NCBI GenBank assembly: GCA_963665325.3
Contig: CAXXWS020000004.1
Location: 64,001-128,000, forward strand
Reading direction: 5' to 3'
Source: Alphaproteobacteria bacterium
GTDB lineage: Bacteria; Pseudomonadota; Alphaproteobacteria; Bin95
DNA length: 64,000 bases
Each line of letters starts with the position of its first letter. Positions within the stretch are counted from its first letter, which is position 1. This document shows, in pieces, positions 29,880 to 40,155 of the stretch. The position numbers were made by a program, and so were the translations under genes. The notes beneath the pieces are model-generated. The model saw nothing but the letters and a program-made list of their open reading frames with translations, did not search any database and was not told where the DNA came from.

Positions 29880-31169
29880 ATCGTGGCAGATCGTCGTCAG
29901 AATTCGTGCGAAATCGTGAATTGGCACCCTGCGACGGCACCCCCTCTCGCTCGGCGAGGCTAACCACGATTGATGTTGGGCGTTCACGGTATCTCTCCTC
30001 GCATCAGTCCGGCGCGCAGCACATCCTCCATGTGCCCGGCAACCGCAAATACCATGGCAGCGTGATCGACCCGGCCCGACGACTGGAACAGTCCCGATCA
30101 CCTTTAGGCACTCCAACCCGTTGCCGATTCGGCAACGCATAGGACGAAAAATTGTGATCCTCGCGAACGCTTCGCACGGTTATCGTCGTTCCGTGGTCAC
30201 CAGGGAGGTTACCGATGGCAACGCACAATCATCTCCTCGCTTCACCCCGCCGCCGCCAGGTTCTGAAATACGGCGCAGCCCTGGGCGGGGCCGCGGCAGC
30301 GTCCTCGTTCGTTACCGTGGAGACGCTGGCCGCCGGCAAGGCGAAGGTCAACATGCAGCTCGGCTGGCTCGCCAGCAACGGCATCATGGGCGAAGTCGTG
30401 GCCAACCGGATGGGCTATTACGAAGAGGAAGGCATCGACCTCGAGGTCACGCCGGGCGGTCCCGGTGTGGACGGTGTCGCCTCGGTCGCGGCCGCCCGCG
30501 CGCAGGCAGGCCAGCTCTCCTCCAGCCCGTCGCTGATGCTCGCCCGCTCCGCAGGCATTCCGATCAAGGCGTTCGCCGCGGGCTACCAGAAGCATCCGTT
30601 CACCTACTTCTCGCTCGAGAACGATCCCATCCGCACTCCCAAGGACATGGTTGGCAAGACCATCGCCACCCAGCCGACGGCGGTAATCCTGCTCCGGGCG
30701 CTGCTGGCGAAGAACGGCATTGCCGAGGACCGGGTCGAGGTGGTCAAGATGGGCAGCGACATGAACCAGCTGATGACCGGCCAGGCAGCCGCCGTCACCG
30801 GCTGGATGACCAACACCAACGCGCTCAAGGTGCTGGGCGACGGCCGTGTCGACATGATGCTCTGGGATGCCGGCATCCAGCTTTACGCCAATGTCTACTA
30901 CACCACCGACGACATGCTCGCGAACCACGCCGACGTGCTCGCCCGTTTCCTCACCGGCTCTGCACGCGGGTGGGGCGAGGCCCGCAGGGATCCGGAGGCC
31001 GGTGTCGACCACCTGGTGGCGGAGTACAGGAACCTGAGCCGCGAGAGCGAGCTGGACGTAAGCCTTCGGGCGAGCCGTGAGAAATCCGACAACGGTTCGT
31101 GATCCAGAGCGAATCGAGGTGCCGCAAGGGGGCTGGTAACGCGGAGAACCCTGCGCTATCGTCGGGCGC

Positions 31170-33557
31170 ATGGTGGTTCTCGACGCTGATCTTGCCACGA
31201 CAGACCTGACGCCGGTCGAGGTCGACGGGGGGATACGGTTTTCTCCCGCGCCCCGGCCAGAGCACGAGCCGTGCGATTTGCTGACGCTGTTGCAGCGTGA
31301 GCGCGCCCGTGCGGATCGGGAACAAGCGCGCGCGGACGCGGCGGAGGCGCGCGTTGAGGAATTGCGCTGGGCCGAAGTGGCTGCCCGTAGCGATGCCGGT
31401 TCGTGGAAGTCGCGGTTCGGCAAGTGCCGCAGCAAGCTGACGGCGGTCGAGGAAGAGACCAGGGAACTGCGCCGCGCGGTCAAGACCGTCCCCTTGTTGC
31501 AGACGGAGCTGGCGCAGTTGGAGAAACTTCTGTGCGCCCCCGGGAAACTTCTGTGCGCCCCCGGCCTTGAGCCGGGCGAAGGCGCGAGGATCGTATCCGC
31601 GCGCATCGTGATCGGTCGAATGCGCGGTCTCGTGTCGACGGACGCCGCTGAGCGATCCGAGGCCGCGCGGCGCAGTCGAATGGCGCCGGCACGCGAGATG
31701 TCGGTCAAATCGCTGTACACCCAGATTGCCCGGCTCAACAAGCAGTTGGAAGAGGAGAAGGAGAGGTCGGAAAGCATCAGGGAAACCGCCAAGGCGCTGT
31801 CCCGCGAGAACCTGAGCTTCCGCAGGGAGCTGACGTTCCTGAGAGACGCCGAGATCCGGTCCCGGTCGCTGTCCCACGAAGTGTCCGGGCTGCGCTATGC
31901 GCTGAAGATGTCCGAGGCCAGGCGGGAGAAGCTGAAGGCCCGGATTGCCAAGCTGCGCGCGGCCGGGGCGACGCTGACGAAGTTGCCGTTCGACGAGGTG
32001 GCTCACCTGCGCACCGTCCTGAGGCGGTCGCGGCGCCAGAAGAAAACGATCAAGACCCTGTCGAGGGAGAACGCCCGGTTGCGCAGAACCGTGAAGGGCG
32101 CGCGGAACCGGATCGAGGCGCTGGAAGCCGAGACCACGAAGCTCCGTGCAACCGGGAAGGTGCTGTCGAAGAGGCTCTATGGGCGCAAGAGCGAGCAGCA
32201 GAACAAGCCGCGCTCGGACCGCAAGCGCGGCCAGCAGCGCGGCGCGCCCGGTCACGGCCGCACTCGGCGGCCCGGGCTCGAGGAGCGCCCTGAAGTCCAC
32301 GCCCCGCCGCCGGAGGCGTGCGTGTGCGCGCAATGCGGGGAGCCTTACGCCGCGAACGGCGTCGAGGAATCCACCCTCGTCGAGATCGAGGTCAAGGCCC
32401 ACAAGCGCGTGATCCAGCGCCCACGCATGCGCCGGACCTGCGAGTGCGCGTCCTCGCCGATGGAAGTGTCCGCGCCCCCGGTGGCGCGGCTGTTCCGCGG
32501 CACGCCCTACGGAATCACCTTCTGGGCGCGCTTCCTCTTCGAACTCAGTGTCGGGCTGCGCCCGCTGAGCCGGACCGCGGCATGGATGTCGGCCCAGGGG
32601 CTGGCGGTGTCGCCGGGGACGCTGGCCGACAGCCTGAAGCGCTTCGTGCCGCTGTTCCTGCCGCTGTTCGAGGCGATTCTCGCGCACCAGAACGAGGCGG
32701 TGGTGCGCCATGCCGACGAGACCTCCTGGCGTGTGCAGGAGCTGCGCGGGGAAGATCGGTCGAACCGGGCCTGGCTGTGGACCTCGGTCAGCCACGACGC
32801 GGTCTGCTTCCACATCGACCCGAGCCGCAGCGCCGAGGCGGCGCTCAAGCTGTTCGCCGAAGCCCTGCCCCACACGATCGTCGTCTGCGACCGCTACAGC
32901 GCATACAAGCGGCTCGTGCGCCTTCTCGGGGGCAAGGTGATCCTCGCCTTCTGCTGGTCCCATGTGCGCCGCGACTACATCGAGGCCGCGGCCGGCCAGG
33001 AACGGCTGACGCAATGGTGCCAGGAATGGATCGAGCGGATCGCGGAGATCTTCCGGCTGAACGATGCGCGGCTGGAACATTACAAGCCCGGCCGCAAACG
33101 CCAGACTGCGGCGTTCAGGAAAGCGACGCGCAAACTGAAGAAGGCGCTCGACCGCCTGTTCGCGCACGCCGAGGCGGAGCTGGCCGCTCTGCCGGAGCAC
33201 GCGCGCGAAGGCAAGGCGCTGCGTTCGCTTCTCAACCATCGCGAGGGGCTGTGCGTCTTCGTCGACCACCCGCAAGTGCCCCTCACGAATAATGTCGCCG
33301 AAAGAATCTTGCGTGCTCCGGCAATCGGACGGGGGCTGAGCTTCGGTTCCAACAGCGCGGACGGCGCGGAGTTCACCGCGATCATGTACTCGGTCGTCGG
33401 CACGCTCTCGATGAACGGCATCGACGTGCTGCGCTGGCTGGAAGCGTGGCTGGCGGCGTGTGCGGAAAATGGCCGCCAGCCGCCGGACGACTTGTCGGCC
33501 TGGCTGCCCTGGTCGATGAGCGAGGAGCGCAGGCTCAAGTTCACGGCCCCGGGATGA
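31170..33557 (+). CDS. IS66-family DDE transposase with a long N-terminal coiled coil
   Basis: YGRKSE, GAPGHGR, Zn motif CAQC...C.C, HADET.W, CDRYSAY, CWSHVRR, TNNVAERILR, LPW. Confidence 0.92.
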   Translation: MVVLDADLATTDLTPVEVDGGIRFSPAPRPEHEPCDLLTLLQRERARADREQARADAAEARVEELRWAEVAARSDAGSWKSRFGKCRSKLTAVEEETRELRRAVKTVPLLQTELAQLEKLLCAPGKLLCAPGLEPGEGARIVSARIVIGRMRGLVSTDAAERSEAARRSRMAPAREMSVKSLYTQIARLNKQLEEEKERSESIRETAKALSRENLSFRRELTFLRDAEIRSRSLSHEVSGLRYALKMSEARREKLKARIAKLRAAGATLTKLPFDEVAHLRTVLRRSRRQKKTIKTLSRENARLRRTVKGARNRIEALEAETTKLRATGKVLSKRLYGRKSEQQNKPRSDRKRGQQRGAPGHGRTRRPGLEERPEVHAPPPEACVCAQCGEPYAANGVEESTLVEIEVKAHKRVIQRPRMRRTCECASSPMEVSAPPVARLFRGTPYGITFWARFLFELSVGLRPLSRTAAWMSAQGLAVSPGTLADSLKRFVPLFLPLFEAILAHQNEAVVRHADETSWRVQELRGEDRSNRAWLWTSVSHDAVCFHIDPSRSAEAALKLFAEALPHTIVVCDRYSAYKRLVRLLGGKVILAFCWSHVRRDYIEAAAGQERLTQWCQEWIERIAEIFRLNDARLEHYKPGRKRQTAAFRKATRKLKKALDRLFAHAEAELAALPEHAREGKALRSLLNHREGLCVFVDHPQVPLTNNVAERILRAPAIGRGLSFGSNSADGAEFTAIMYSVVGTLSMNGIDVLRWLEAWLAACAENGRQPPDDLSAWLPWSMSEERRLKFTAPG
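31523..31564 (+). repeat. 21-bp in-frame tandem duplication
   Basis: GAAACTTCTGTGCGCCCCCGG twice (encodes KLLCAPG twice). Confidence 0.95.
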
Positions 33558-34435
33558 CCGGCGCCATCGAGTGCCGCTACTACGGTCGCGACTTCACCGC
33601 CGATGAAATGGCGCTGCTGCGCTCCCTGATCGCCGGGCCTCCGGCGTTCAACCGCCATGCCCTGTCGAAGGAGTTCTGCCGGCGCATCGGCTGGCTCAAG
33701 CCCGACGGCGGCCTCAAGGACATGATGGCCCGCGTCACCATGCTCGCCATGCACCGCGACGGGGTGATCGCCCTGCCGCCGCCGAAGGGTAAGCAGGGCC
33801 GGCCCAAGCCCATGGTCTTCGGACCGGAGACCGAGCCGCCGCTGTTCCCCGCACCGACGACGCTTGACGAGGTGCGCCCGCTCGACTTCCGCACCGTCGT
33901 GCGCGAGACTCGCGAGGGCAGGCTGTGGAACGAGTTCGTCGCCCGCTACCACTACCTCGGATACAAGACCCTGGTCGGCGCCCAGATGCGCTACGCCGTC
34001 CACGACCGCAACGGCTGGCCCATCGCCATGCTCGGCTTCTCCACCGCCGCCTGGAAGCTCGCCCCGCGCGACCGCTTCATCGGCTGGGCGCCCGAGCTGC
34101 GCGAGAAGAACCTGCCGCTGGTGGTGGACAACCCCAGGTTCCTGATATTGCCGTGGATCGCGATTCCCAACCTCGGCTCGCACATCCTCGCCATCGTGCG
34201 CCGCCGCCTGCCCGGGGACTGGACCGAACGCTACAACACCAACCCCGTGCTCATCGAGACCTTCGTCGAGACCCCGCGCTACACCGGCGCTGTCTACCGG
34301 GCGTCGGGCTGGATCCATGTCGGAACCACCCAGGGCCGGGGACGCTACGACCGCGACAAGCTCTACGAAAAGCCCCGCAAGGATGTCTGGCTCCGACCCC
34401 TCCGACGCGATTGGCGGCGAACCCTCAATCGCTGA
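33554..34435 (+). CDS. DUF4338-domain protein (DruA-annotated / Mom-like GNAT) carried inside the IS66
   Basis: ATGA overlap with the transposase stop. GRDFT...R..LS..FC..IGW..PDG.LK, YHYLGY....G.Q.RY, RD.FIGW, N.RFLILPW..IPNLGS, ETFV....YTGAVYRASGW..VG.T.GRG. Confidence 0.82.
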   Translation: MTGAIECRYYGRDFTADEMALLRSLIAGPPAFNRHALSKEFCRRIGWLKPDGGLKDMMARVTMLAMHRDGVIALPPPKGKQGRPKPMVFGPETEPPLFPAPTTLDEVRPLDFRTVVRETREGRLWNEFVARYHYLGYKTLVGAQMRYAVHDRNGWPIAMLGFSTAAWKLAPRDRFIGWAPELREKNLPLVVDNPRFLILPWIAIPNLGSHILAIVRRRLPGDWTERYNTNPVLIETFVETPRYTGAVYRASGWIHVGTTQGRGRYDRDKLYEKPRKDVWLRPLRRDWRRTLNR

Positions 34436-34680
34436 TATCGTCGTCCTCTCCACGGCTCGCCCGAAGGCTTACAGCTGGACGCGGTCGGTCCCGTGCTCGG
34501 GTTCTCGTTCAATGACGTGACCGCAGCGGACGGCTGGGCGGCGATGAACCCGGCCAACTGGCAGGCGCAGATCGACACCTATGCGGGGCTCAAGCAGTTC
34601 AAGGGAGACACGCCCACCGTGGACGATGTCATGACCACGGATATCCTGGCGGCGACGGAAGCGCTGAGGAAGCAGATTGG

Positions 34681-35493
34681 ATGACGGCTGCCACTGCCGC
34701 GGCGACGGGAACTGACGTCACCGCCGCCGCGGCAATCTCGGTGCGCGGGCTGTCGGTCCGTTTCGATGGAGACGCCGGCAGCATCACCGCGCTGGACAAG
34801 GTCGGCTTCGAGGTGCCGGAGGGCGGCTTCGTCACCATGCTGGGGCCGTCGGGATGCGGCAAGTCGACATTGCTGCGCGCCATTGCCGATCTGGTTCCGA
34901 TCGGGGACGGCGCAATCAGCGTCTTCGGCCGCACGCCGGAGCAGGCCCGCCGGGCGCGCGACTTCGCCTTTGTCTTCCAGGACGCGACGCTGCTGCCCTG
35001 GCGCAGCGCCATCGACAATGTCCGCCTGCCGCTGGAGGTCGGCCGGCAAAGCGGCGTCGTCGAGCAGCATGCCGAACCCGAAGCGCTGCTGGCGCTCGTC
35101 GGCCTGGACGGGCGCGAGAACGCCCTGCCGCACGAACTCTCGGGCGGCATGCGCCAGCGCGTGTCCATCGCCCGGGCACTGGTCCACCGGCCGCGCGTGC
35201 TGCTGATGGACGAGCCCTTCGGCGCGCTCGACGAGATCACCCGCGACAAGCTCAACGAAGAACTCCTGCGTATCTGGCGCGAGACCGGCACCACCATCAT
35301 GTTCGTCACCCACTCGGTGCCCGAGGCGGCCTTCCTCGGCCAGAAGTGCCTGGTGCTGTCGGCCCAGCCCGGCCGGGTCCGTGAACTCGTGAGCATCGAC
35401 TTCGCCGAGCCGAGGGCTCTGGCCATGCGCGACACGCTTGAGTTCGTGCAGGTCACTGCGCATCTGCGCAGCCTGCTGGAGGAGGCGCGATGA
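34681..35493 (+). CDS. ABC transporter ATP-binding protein (TauB/SsuB-like)
   Basis: GPSGCGKST, LSGGMRQR, LLMDEPFGALD, VTHS. Confidence 0.95.
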   Translation: MTAATAAATGTDVTAAAAISVRGLSVRFDGDAGSITALDKVGFEVPEGGFVTMLGPSGCGKSTLLRAIADLVPIGDGAISVFGRTPEQARRARDFAFVFQDATLLPWRSAIDNVRLPLEVGRQSGVVEQHAEPEALLALVGLDGRENALPHELSGGMRQRVSIARALVHRPRVLLMDEPFGALDEITRDKLNEELLRIWRETGTTIMFVTHSVPEAAFLGQKCLVLSAQPGRVRELVSIDFAEPRALAMRDTLEFVQVTAHLRSLLEEAR

Positions 35494-36337
35494 CCACGGC
35501 GAGCGTCGGCGGCAAAGGTGCCGGGACGACGCCGGCCGACACCCGCGGGATCGCCCGGGAAACCCGCACCCGCCCCCGGCCGCCCGGCGGTTCCGTCATG
35601 CTCCGCCGATCGTTGCCGCCGCCGGGATGCTGGCGCTCTGGCAACTGATCGTCAGCGGATTCGGCGTGCCGAGCTACATCGCGCCAAGCCCGGTCCAGGT
35701 TCTCCGGGTGTTCTTCGAACAGGGCGAGATCCTCTGGATCAACTTCTGGCCGACGCTGCTCGAAGCGGCGGCCGGGTTTGCGCTCGGCAACTCGATCGCG
35801 GTGATGCTGGCGGTGTGGTTCGTCCACAGCCGGCTGGCGGAGCGCGCCTTCTACCCGATCGCGGTCTTCATCAACACCATCCCGATCATCGCCGTGGCGC
35901 CGATCCTGGTGCTGATACTGGGCAACGGTTATGCGCCGAAGATCGTCATCGCCGCGCTCATCTGCTTCTTCCCCACCCTGGTCAACATGGTGCGCGGCCT
36001 GAAGGCGGTCAGCCCGCAGATGCTGGAGCTGATGCGGGTGCTGTCGGCCAGCGACCGGGAAATCCTGTGGAAGATCAGGCTGCAAAGCTCCCTGCCGTTC
36101 CTGTTCGCGGCGTTGAAGATCGCATCGACCACCTGCGTCATCGGCGCCATCGTCGGCGAGTGGATCGGCTCCAACTACGGCCTGGGCTCCCTCATCATCG
36201 AGGCCACCTACAACTTCCGCGCCCCGCTGCTCTACGCCACCGTGATTCTGGGGGCAGGCCTGGCGGTGGCGTTCTTCGTGACCACGACCCTCATCGAACG
36301 GCGGATTCTGAAATGGAAGCCGGGCGCGGTCTTCTGA
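35490..36337 (+). pseudogene. ABC permease (TauC/SsuC-like), probably frameshifted near the 5' end
   Basis: The coupled ATG at 35490 (ATGA overlap) is out of frame with the permease body (PPIVAAAGMLALWQ...P.P..V...GAIVGEW.GS..GLG). The first plausible in-frame ATG (35627) lies within TM1. Confidence 0.6.
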
Positions 36338-36406
36338 ACGGAAAGACCGGGATCGTGCCGGCCGGCGCCCGGCACTCGACAGTGAACAGACGACGGAGAC
36401 GAGCAC

Positions 36407-37768
36407 ATGGCATCCCCGGAAATACTGACCCGGCCCCAGGCCGACGTGCCGGTCGTCGCCACCGCCGGCGTGGCGGTCGTGGGCGGCGGACCGGCCGGCA
36501 TCGCAGCCGCGGTATCGGCCGCCCGCAACGGCGCGCCGACGGTGCTGGTCGAGCGCTATCCCTATCTCGGCGGTCTTGCCACGGGCGGCATGGTGCTGGT
36601 GCTGGACGACATGCACAACGATCTGGAGATCTCGGTGCGCGGCCTGGCGATGGAGATCATCGAGCGCATGCACGCCAGGGGGCTGTGCGTATATCCGCCG
36701 GAGGCCGACCGCGATCCCGCAATCCGGGCGACCGAGGCGCTCTAGCGCAAGTGGTCCCGGTGGGGCGTGTTCGACTTCCATACCCGCACCAAACCCCATC
36801 CGGTCATCTTCGCCGCGGCCTTCGACCCGGACGGCTTCAAGCAGGCTTCGCTCGACATGGTGCGCGAGGCCGGCGTCAATCTGCGCCTGCACAGCTGGTT
36901 CCAGTCCACGATCGTCGAGGACGGGCGGGCCGCCGGGGTGATCGTCGAGACCAAGGAAGGCCCGCAGGCCATCCGCGCCGAGGTGGTCATCGACGCCACC
37001 GGGGACCTCGATGTCGCGGCGAGCGCCGGTGCCCCCTTCGCCGAGGGCGCGTTCATCGTAACCACCGTGTCGCGCATGGGCGGCGTCGATACGGACACGG
37101 CCGAGCGGTTCCAGTTCGAGGAGCCGGAACGGTTCGCGGAGCTCGACAAGCAGGCGAAGAGCCTGATCGGCGGCTGCTGGCAGTACTGGTGGCTGAAGAC
37201 GCCGCTCCCCGGCGTGGTGTGGTGCAATTGTCCGCACATGACCGGCTTCGACGGCATGAAGGTGGCGGACCTGACGGCCGCGGAGTTCGAGGGCCGGCGG
37301 CGCATGCAGGCCTTGCTGGAGTTTGCGCGCACGCACATTCCGGGCTTCGAGCGCGCCTATTTCGTGGATTTCGCGCCCCAGACCGGGGTGCGCCAGACGC
37401 GCCTGCTCGAAGGCGAGTATGTGGTCACCAGGCGCGACGTGATGGACCGCGTGCATTTTCACGACTCCGTCTGCCGCGGCCGGGACTACTACACCCCTTA
37501 CCGTGCCTTGCTCCCGGTGGGCGTGGAGCAGGTTCTCGTGGCCGGCCGCCACTACTCGGCAACGCCGCAGGCCCAGAAGGTGAGCCGGGAGATTCCGCCC
37601 TGCATGGCCATGGGTGAAGCCGTCGGCATCGCCGCCGCGCAATCACTGGACAGCGGCACGCTGGTTCGCAATGTGGACGTGCGCGCCATCCAGAGGCAGA
37701 TGCGCGCCCAGGGCGCGGACCCGGGCGACATACCGGCCGACAATGCCCGGTTGCCGGAGGCTGCCTGA
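36407..37768 (+). pseudogene. FAD-dependent oxidoreductase interrupted by an in-frame TAG at 36743-36745
   Basis: VVGGGPAG..AA..AAR.GA...LVER...LGG precedes the stop. The same frame continues (RKWSRWGVFDF...IDATGD...PYRALLP...LVAGR...CMAMGEAVG). Confidence 0.88.
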
Positions 37769-38542
37769 TGTCGCCGGATTCGAATGCCGGTGCCGCCGCC
37801 GGGCTTCCTCTCGAAGGCGTGCGGGTGCTCGACTTCACCCAGGTGATGATGGGCCCGTGCTGCACGCAGATGCTGGCCGACTACGGCGCCGACGTCATCA
37901 AGATCGAGCGGGCCGGATGGGGCGACCTTTCCCGCTGGAGCGTCGGCGAAGACCCTGACGGCGGCAACAATCCGGTATTCGCGAGCCTCAACCGCAACAA
38001 GCGCAGCGTCGCAATCGACCTGAAGACGGAGGAAGACCGGGCCGCAGTGCTGCGCCTCGTCGAGACCTCCGACGTGGTGGTGAACAATTTTCGCCCCGGC
38101 GTCATGGATCGGATGGGCTTCGGATACGACGATCTGCGCCGTATCAATCCCCGGATCGTTTACGCGGTTGGCACCGGCTTCGGCCTGGACGGCCCCTATG
38201 TGCACAAGGGCGGCCAGGACGTGCTCGCCCAGGCGATGAGCGGCGCGATGCACCGCCGCTCGGACCCGTCGGTCCCGCTTACCGTCTATCCGACGGCGCT
38301 CGCCGACTACGCGGCCGGCATGCACATGGTCCAGGGCATCCTGCTGGCGTTGCTGCAGCGCGGGAAAACCGGCGAGGGGCAGCAGATTGCCGTATCGCTC
38401 TTCAACTCCATGCTGGCGATGCAGATGCAGGAAGCGGCGGTGTGGATGATGCGCGGGCGGGAGCTCAACTGGGCGGCCATGCCGCTGTCCGGCGTGTTCG
38501 AGACCCTGGACGGCGCCGTCGTCATGGTCGGAGCGTTCAAGC
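37768..38542 (+). pseudogene. CaiB/BaiF CoA-transferase truncated by IS21
   Basis: PLEGVRVLDFTQVMMGP...LADYGADVIKIE, NRNKRS, NFRPGV. Ends at about 258 aa at the IS21 terminus. No 3' remainder found in the window. Confidence 0.88.
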
Positions 38543-38652
38543 TGTTAACGGCGGCGGAATAATGCTCCACAGGAAGCGCCCGGTTGGTCGGGTCGCGGCG
38601 GCGCAAAATTGCGCCAGTGATGCCCCCTTGTCCGTTTGGTCGGGGGCGGGGG

Positions 38653-40155
38653 ATGTATGGGGTGGAGCTTTACGCAGCGGTACGACTTGCGGTTGTCGAG
38701 GAGGGTCTGAGCCATCATGAGGCCGGTCGGCGGTTCGGGATCGACCGTCGCACGGTGAAGAAGATGCTGAGCTATTCGGCGCCGCCGGGCTATCGGCGCC
38801 GGAAGCCGGTGCGTCGTCCGAAGCTGGACGGGTTCACCGGGATCGTCGATGCGATCCTGGAGGGGGACCGGGCGCCGGACGTGCCGGTCAAGCAGCGGCA
38901 CACGGCGCACCGGATTTTCGAACGGCTGCGTGACGAGCACGGGTTCACGGGCGGCTACACCATCGTGAAGGACTATGTGCGCTCGCGGCGGCAGTCGTCG
39001 CGCGAGGCCTTCGTGCCGCTGCATCATCCGCCGGGCCATGCGCAGGTCGACTTCGGCGAGGCGGTGGTCGAGGTCGGCGGGCGGCGCGAGAAGGTGGCTG
39101 TCTTCTGCCTGATCCTGCCGCATAGCGACCTGTGGTTCGTGAAGGCCTATCCGAAGGAGACGACGGAGGCGTTCCTGGACGGCCATGTCAGCGCCTTCGC
39201 CTTCCTCGGCGGGGTTCCGCTTTCGGTGCTTTACGACAACACGACCCTGGCAGTGGCGCGGATCCTGGGCGACGGCACGCGTCAGCGCACGCGGGCGTTC
39301 ACGCCTCTGCAGTCGCACTACCTGTTCCGCGACCGCTTCGGTCGTCCCGGCAAGGGCAACGACAAGGGCAAGGTGGAGGCGCTGGTGAAGACGGCGCGGC
39401 GCAAGTTCATGGTGCCGATCCCAAAGGTGCCCGATCTGGATGTTCTGAACGAGCGGCTTCTGGCGCGCTGCCTGGAGCGTCTCGACGCGCTGCAGCAGAG
39501 CGCGCAGGCGGCGGCGTTGCTCGCCGATCTCGACACCCTGCGCGATCTTCCGGGCGCGCCCTTCGAGGCGTGCGAGCATGTGCCGGGCCGCGTGTCCTCG
39601 ACGGCGCTGGTGCGCTACCGGTCGGTGGACTACTCGGCCCCGGCGGTGCACGCCCACAAGAAGGTGACGATCAAGGGCTATGTCGACCGGGTCGAGATCG
39701 CGCTCGGCGCCGGGATCGTCGCCCGCCACCGGCGTTCCTATGTCCGCGGCGACGTCGTTTACGACCCGCTGCACTATCTCTCGCTGCTGGAGAAGAAGCC
39801 GGGGGCGCTGGACCAGGCGGCGCCGTTGCGCGGCTGGAAGCTCGATCCAGCCTTCGACGCGTTGCGCCGCCTGCTCGAGGCGCGCTTCGGGCCGCGCGGC
39901 AAGCGGGACTACATCCAGACCCTGCGCCTGCTGGAGGACTTTCCGGAGCGCCAGGTGACGGCCGCGGTGCGGGACGCGGTGGCGCGCCGGCTGGTCGGCT
40001 TCGATGCCGTCAAGCACCTGCTGCTGGCGCGCATCGAGAAGCGTCCGGCCCATCTCGACCTGACGCGCTACCCGCACCTGCCGCAGCCCCTCGTCGCCGC
40101 CACCCGGGCCGGCGACTATGCCTCCCTGCTGGCCGGAGGGGGCAGTCGTGGCTGA
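38653..40155 (+). CDS. istA: IS21 transposase IstA
   Basis: N-terminal HTH, AQVDFG, YDN, KGKVE, YSAP. Confidence 0.94.
   Translation: MYGVELYAAVRLAVVEEGLSHHEAGRRFGIDRRTVKKMLSYSAPPGYRRRKPVRRPKLDGFTGIVDAILEGDRAPDVPVKQRHTAHRIFERLRDEHGFTGGYTIVKDYVRSRRQSSREAFVPLHHPPGHAQVDFGEAVVEVGGRREKVAVFCLILPHSDLWFVKAYPKETTEAFLDGHVSAFAFLGGVPLSVLYDNTTLAVARILGDGTRQRTRAFTPLQSHYLFRDRFGRPGKGNDKGKVEALVKTARRKFMVPIPKVPDLDVLNERLLARCLERLDALQQSAQAAALLADLDTLRDLPGAPFEACEHVPGRVSSTALVRYRSVDYSAPAVHAHKKVTIKGYVDRVEIALGAGIVARHRRSYVRGDVVYDPLHYLSLLEKKPGALDQAAPLRGWKLDPAFDALRRLLEARFGPRGKRDYIQTLRLLEDFPERQVTAAVRDAVARRLVGFDAVKHLLLARIEKRPAHLDLTRYPHLPQPLVAATRAGDYASLLAGGGSRG

Larger units (their letters stand above)
31058..34472 (+). mobile_element. 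IS66-family element (single transposase plus passenger gene)
   Basis: Perfect 22-bp TIR GTAAGCCTTCGGGCGAGCCGTG at 31058-31079 and 34451-34472. 8-bp TSD AGCTGGAC at 31050-31057 and 34473-34480. Confidence 0.96.
30215..34684 (+). pseudogene. NMT1/THI5-like ABC substrate-binding protein (Tat signal) split by an IS66-like element
   Basis: The 5' part (30215-31057; RRRQVLK twin-Arg, QLGW, GYYEEEGID.E..PGG) continues in frame after the TSD at 34481 (AVGPVLGFSF...EALRKQIG*, stop at 34684). Confidence 0.9.

Noticed and set aside
29921-29950. Possible sigma54 promoter (TGGCAC/GGCAC...GC) upstream of the SBP operon
   Set aside because: GG-to-GC spacing is not the required 10 nt, and there is no TTGC element.
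33554-34435. Druantia anti-phage system
   Set aside because: Only a DUF4338-domain gene is present. There is no DruE helicase or DruB-D, and the gene lies inside IS TIRs, so a complete Druantia system is unsupported.
36407-37768. Pyrrolysine or stop-codon recoding
   Set aside because: No pyl genes are in view, TAG is a normal stop in neighbouring genes, and the operon has other inactivating lesions.
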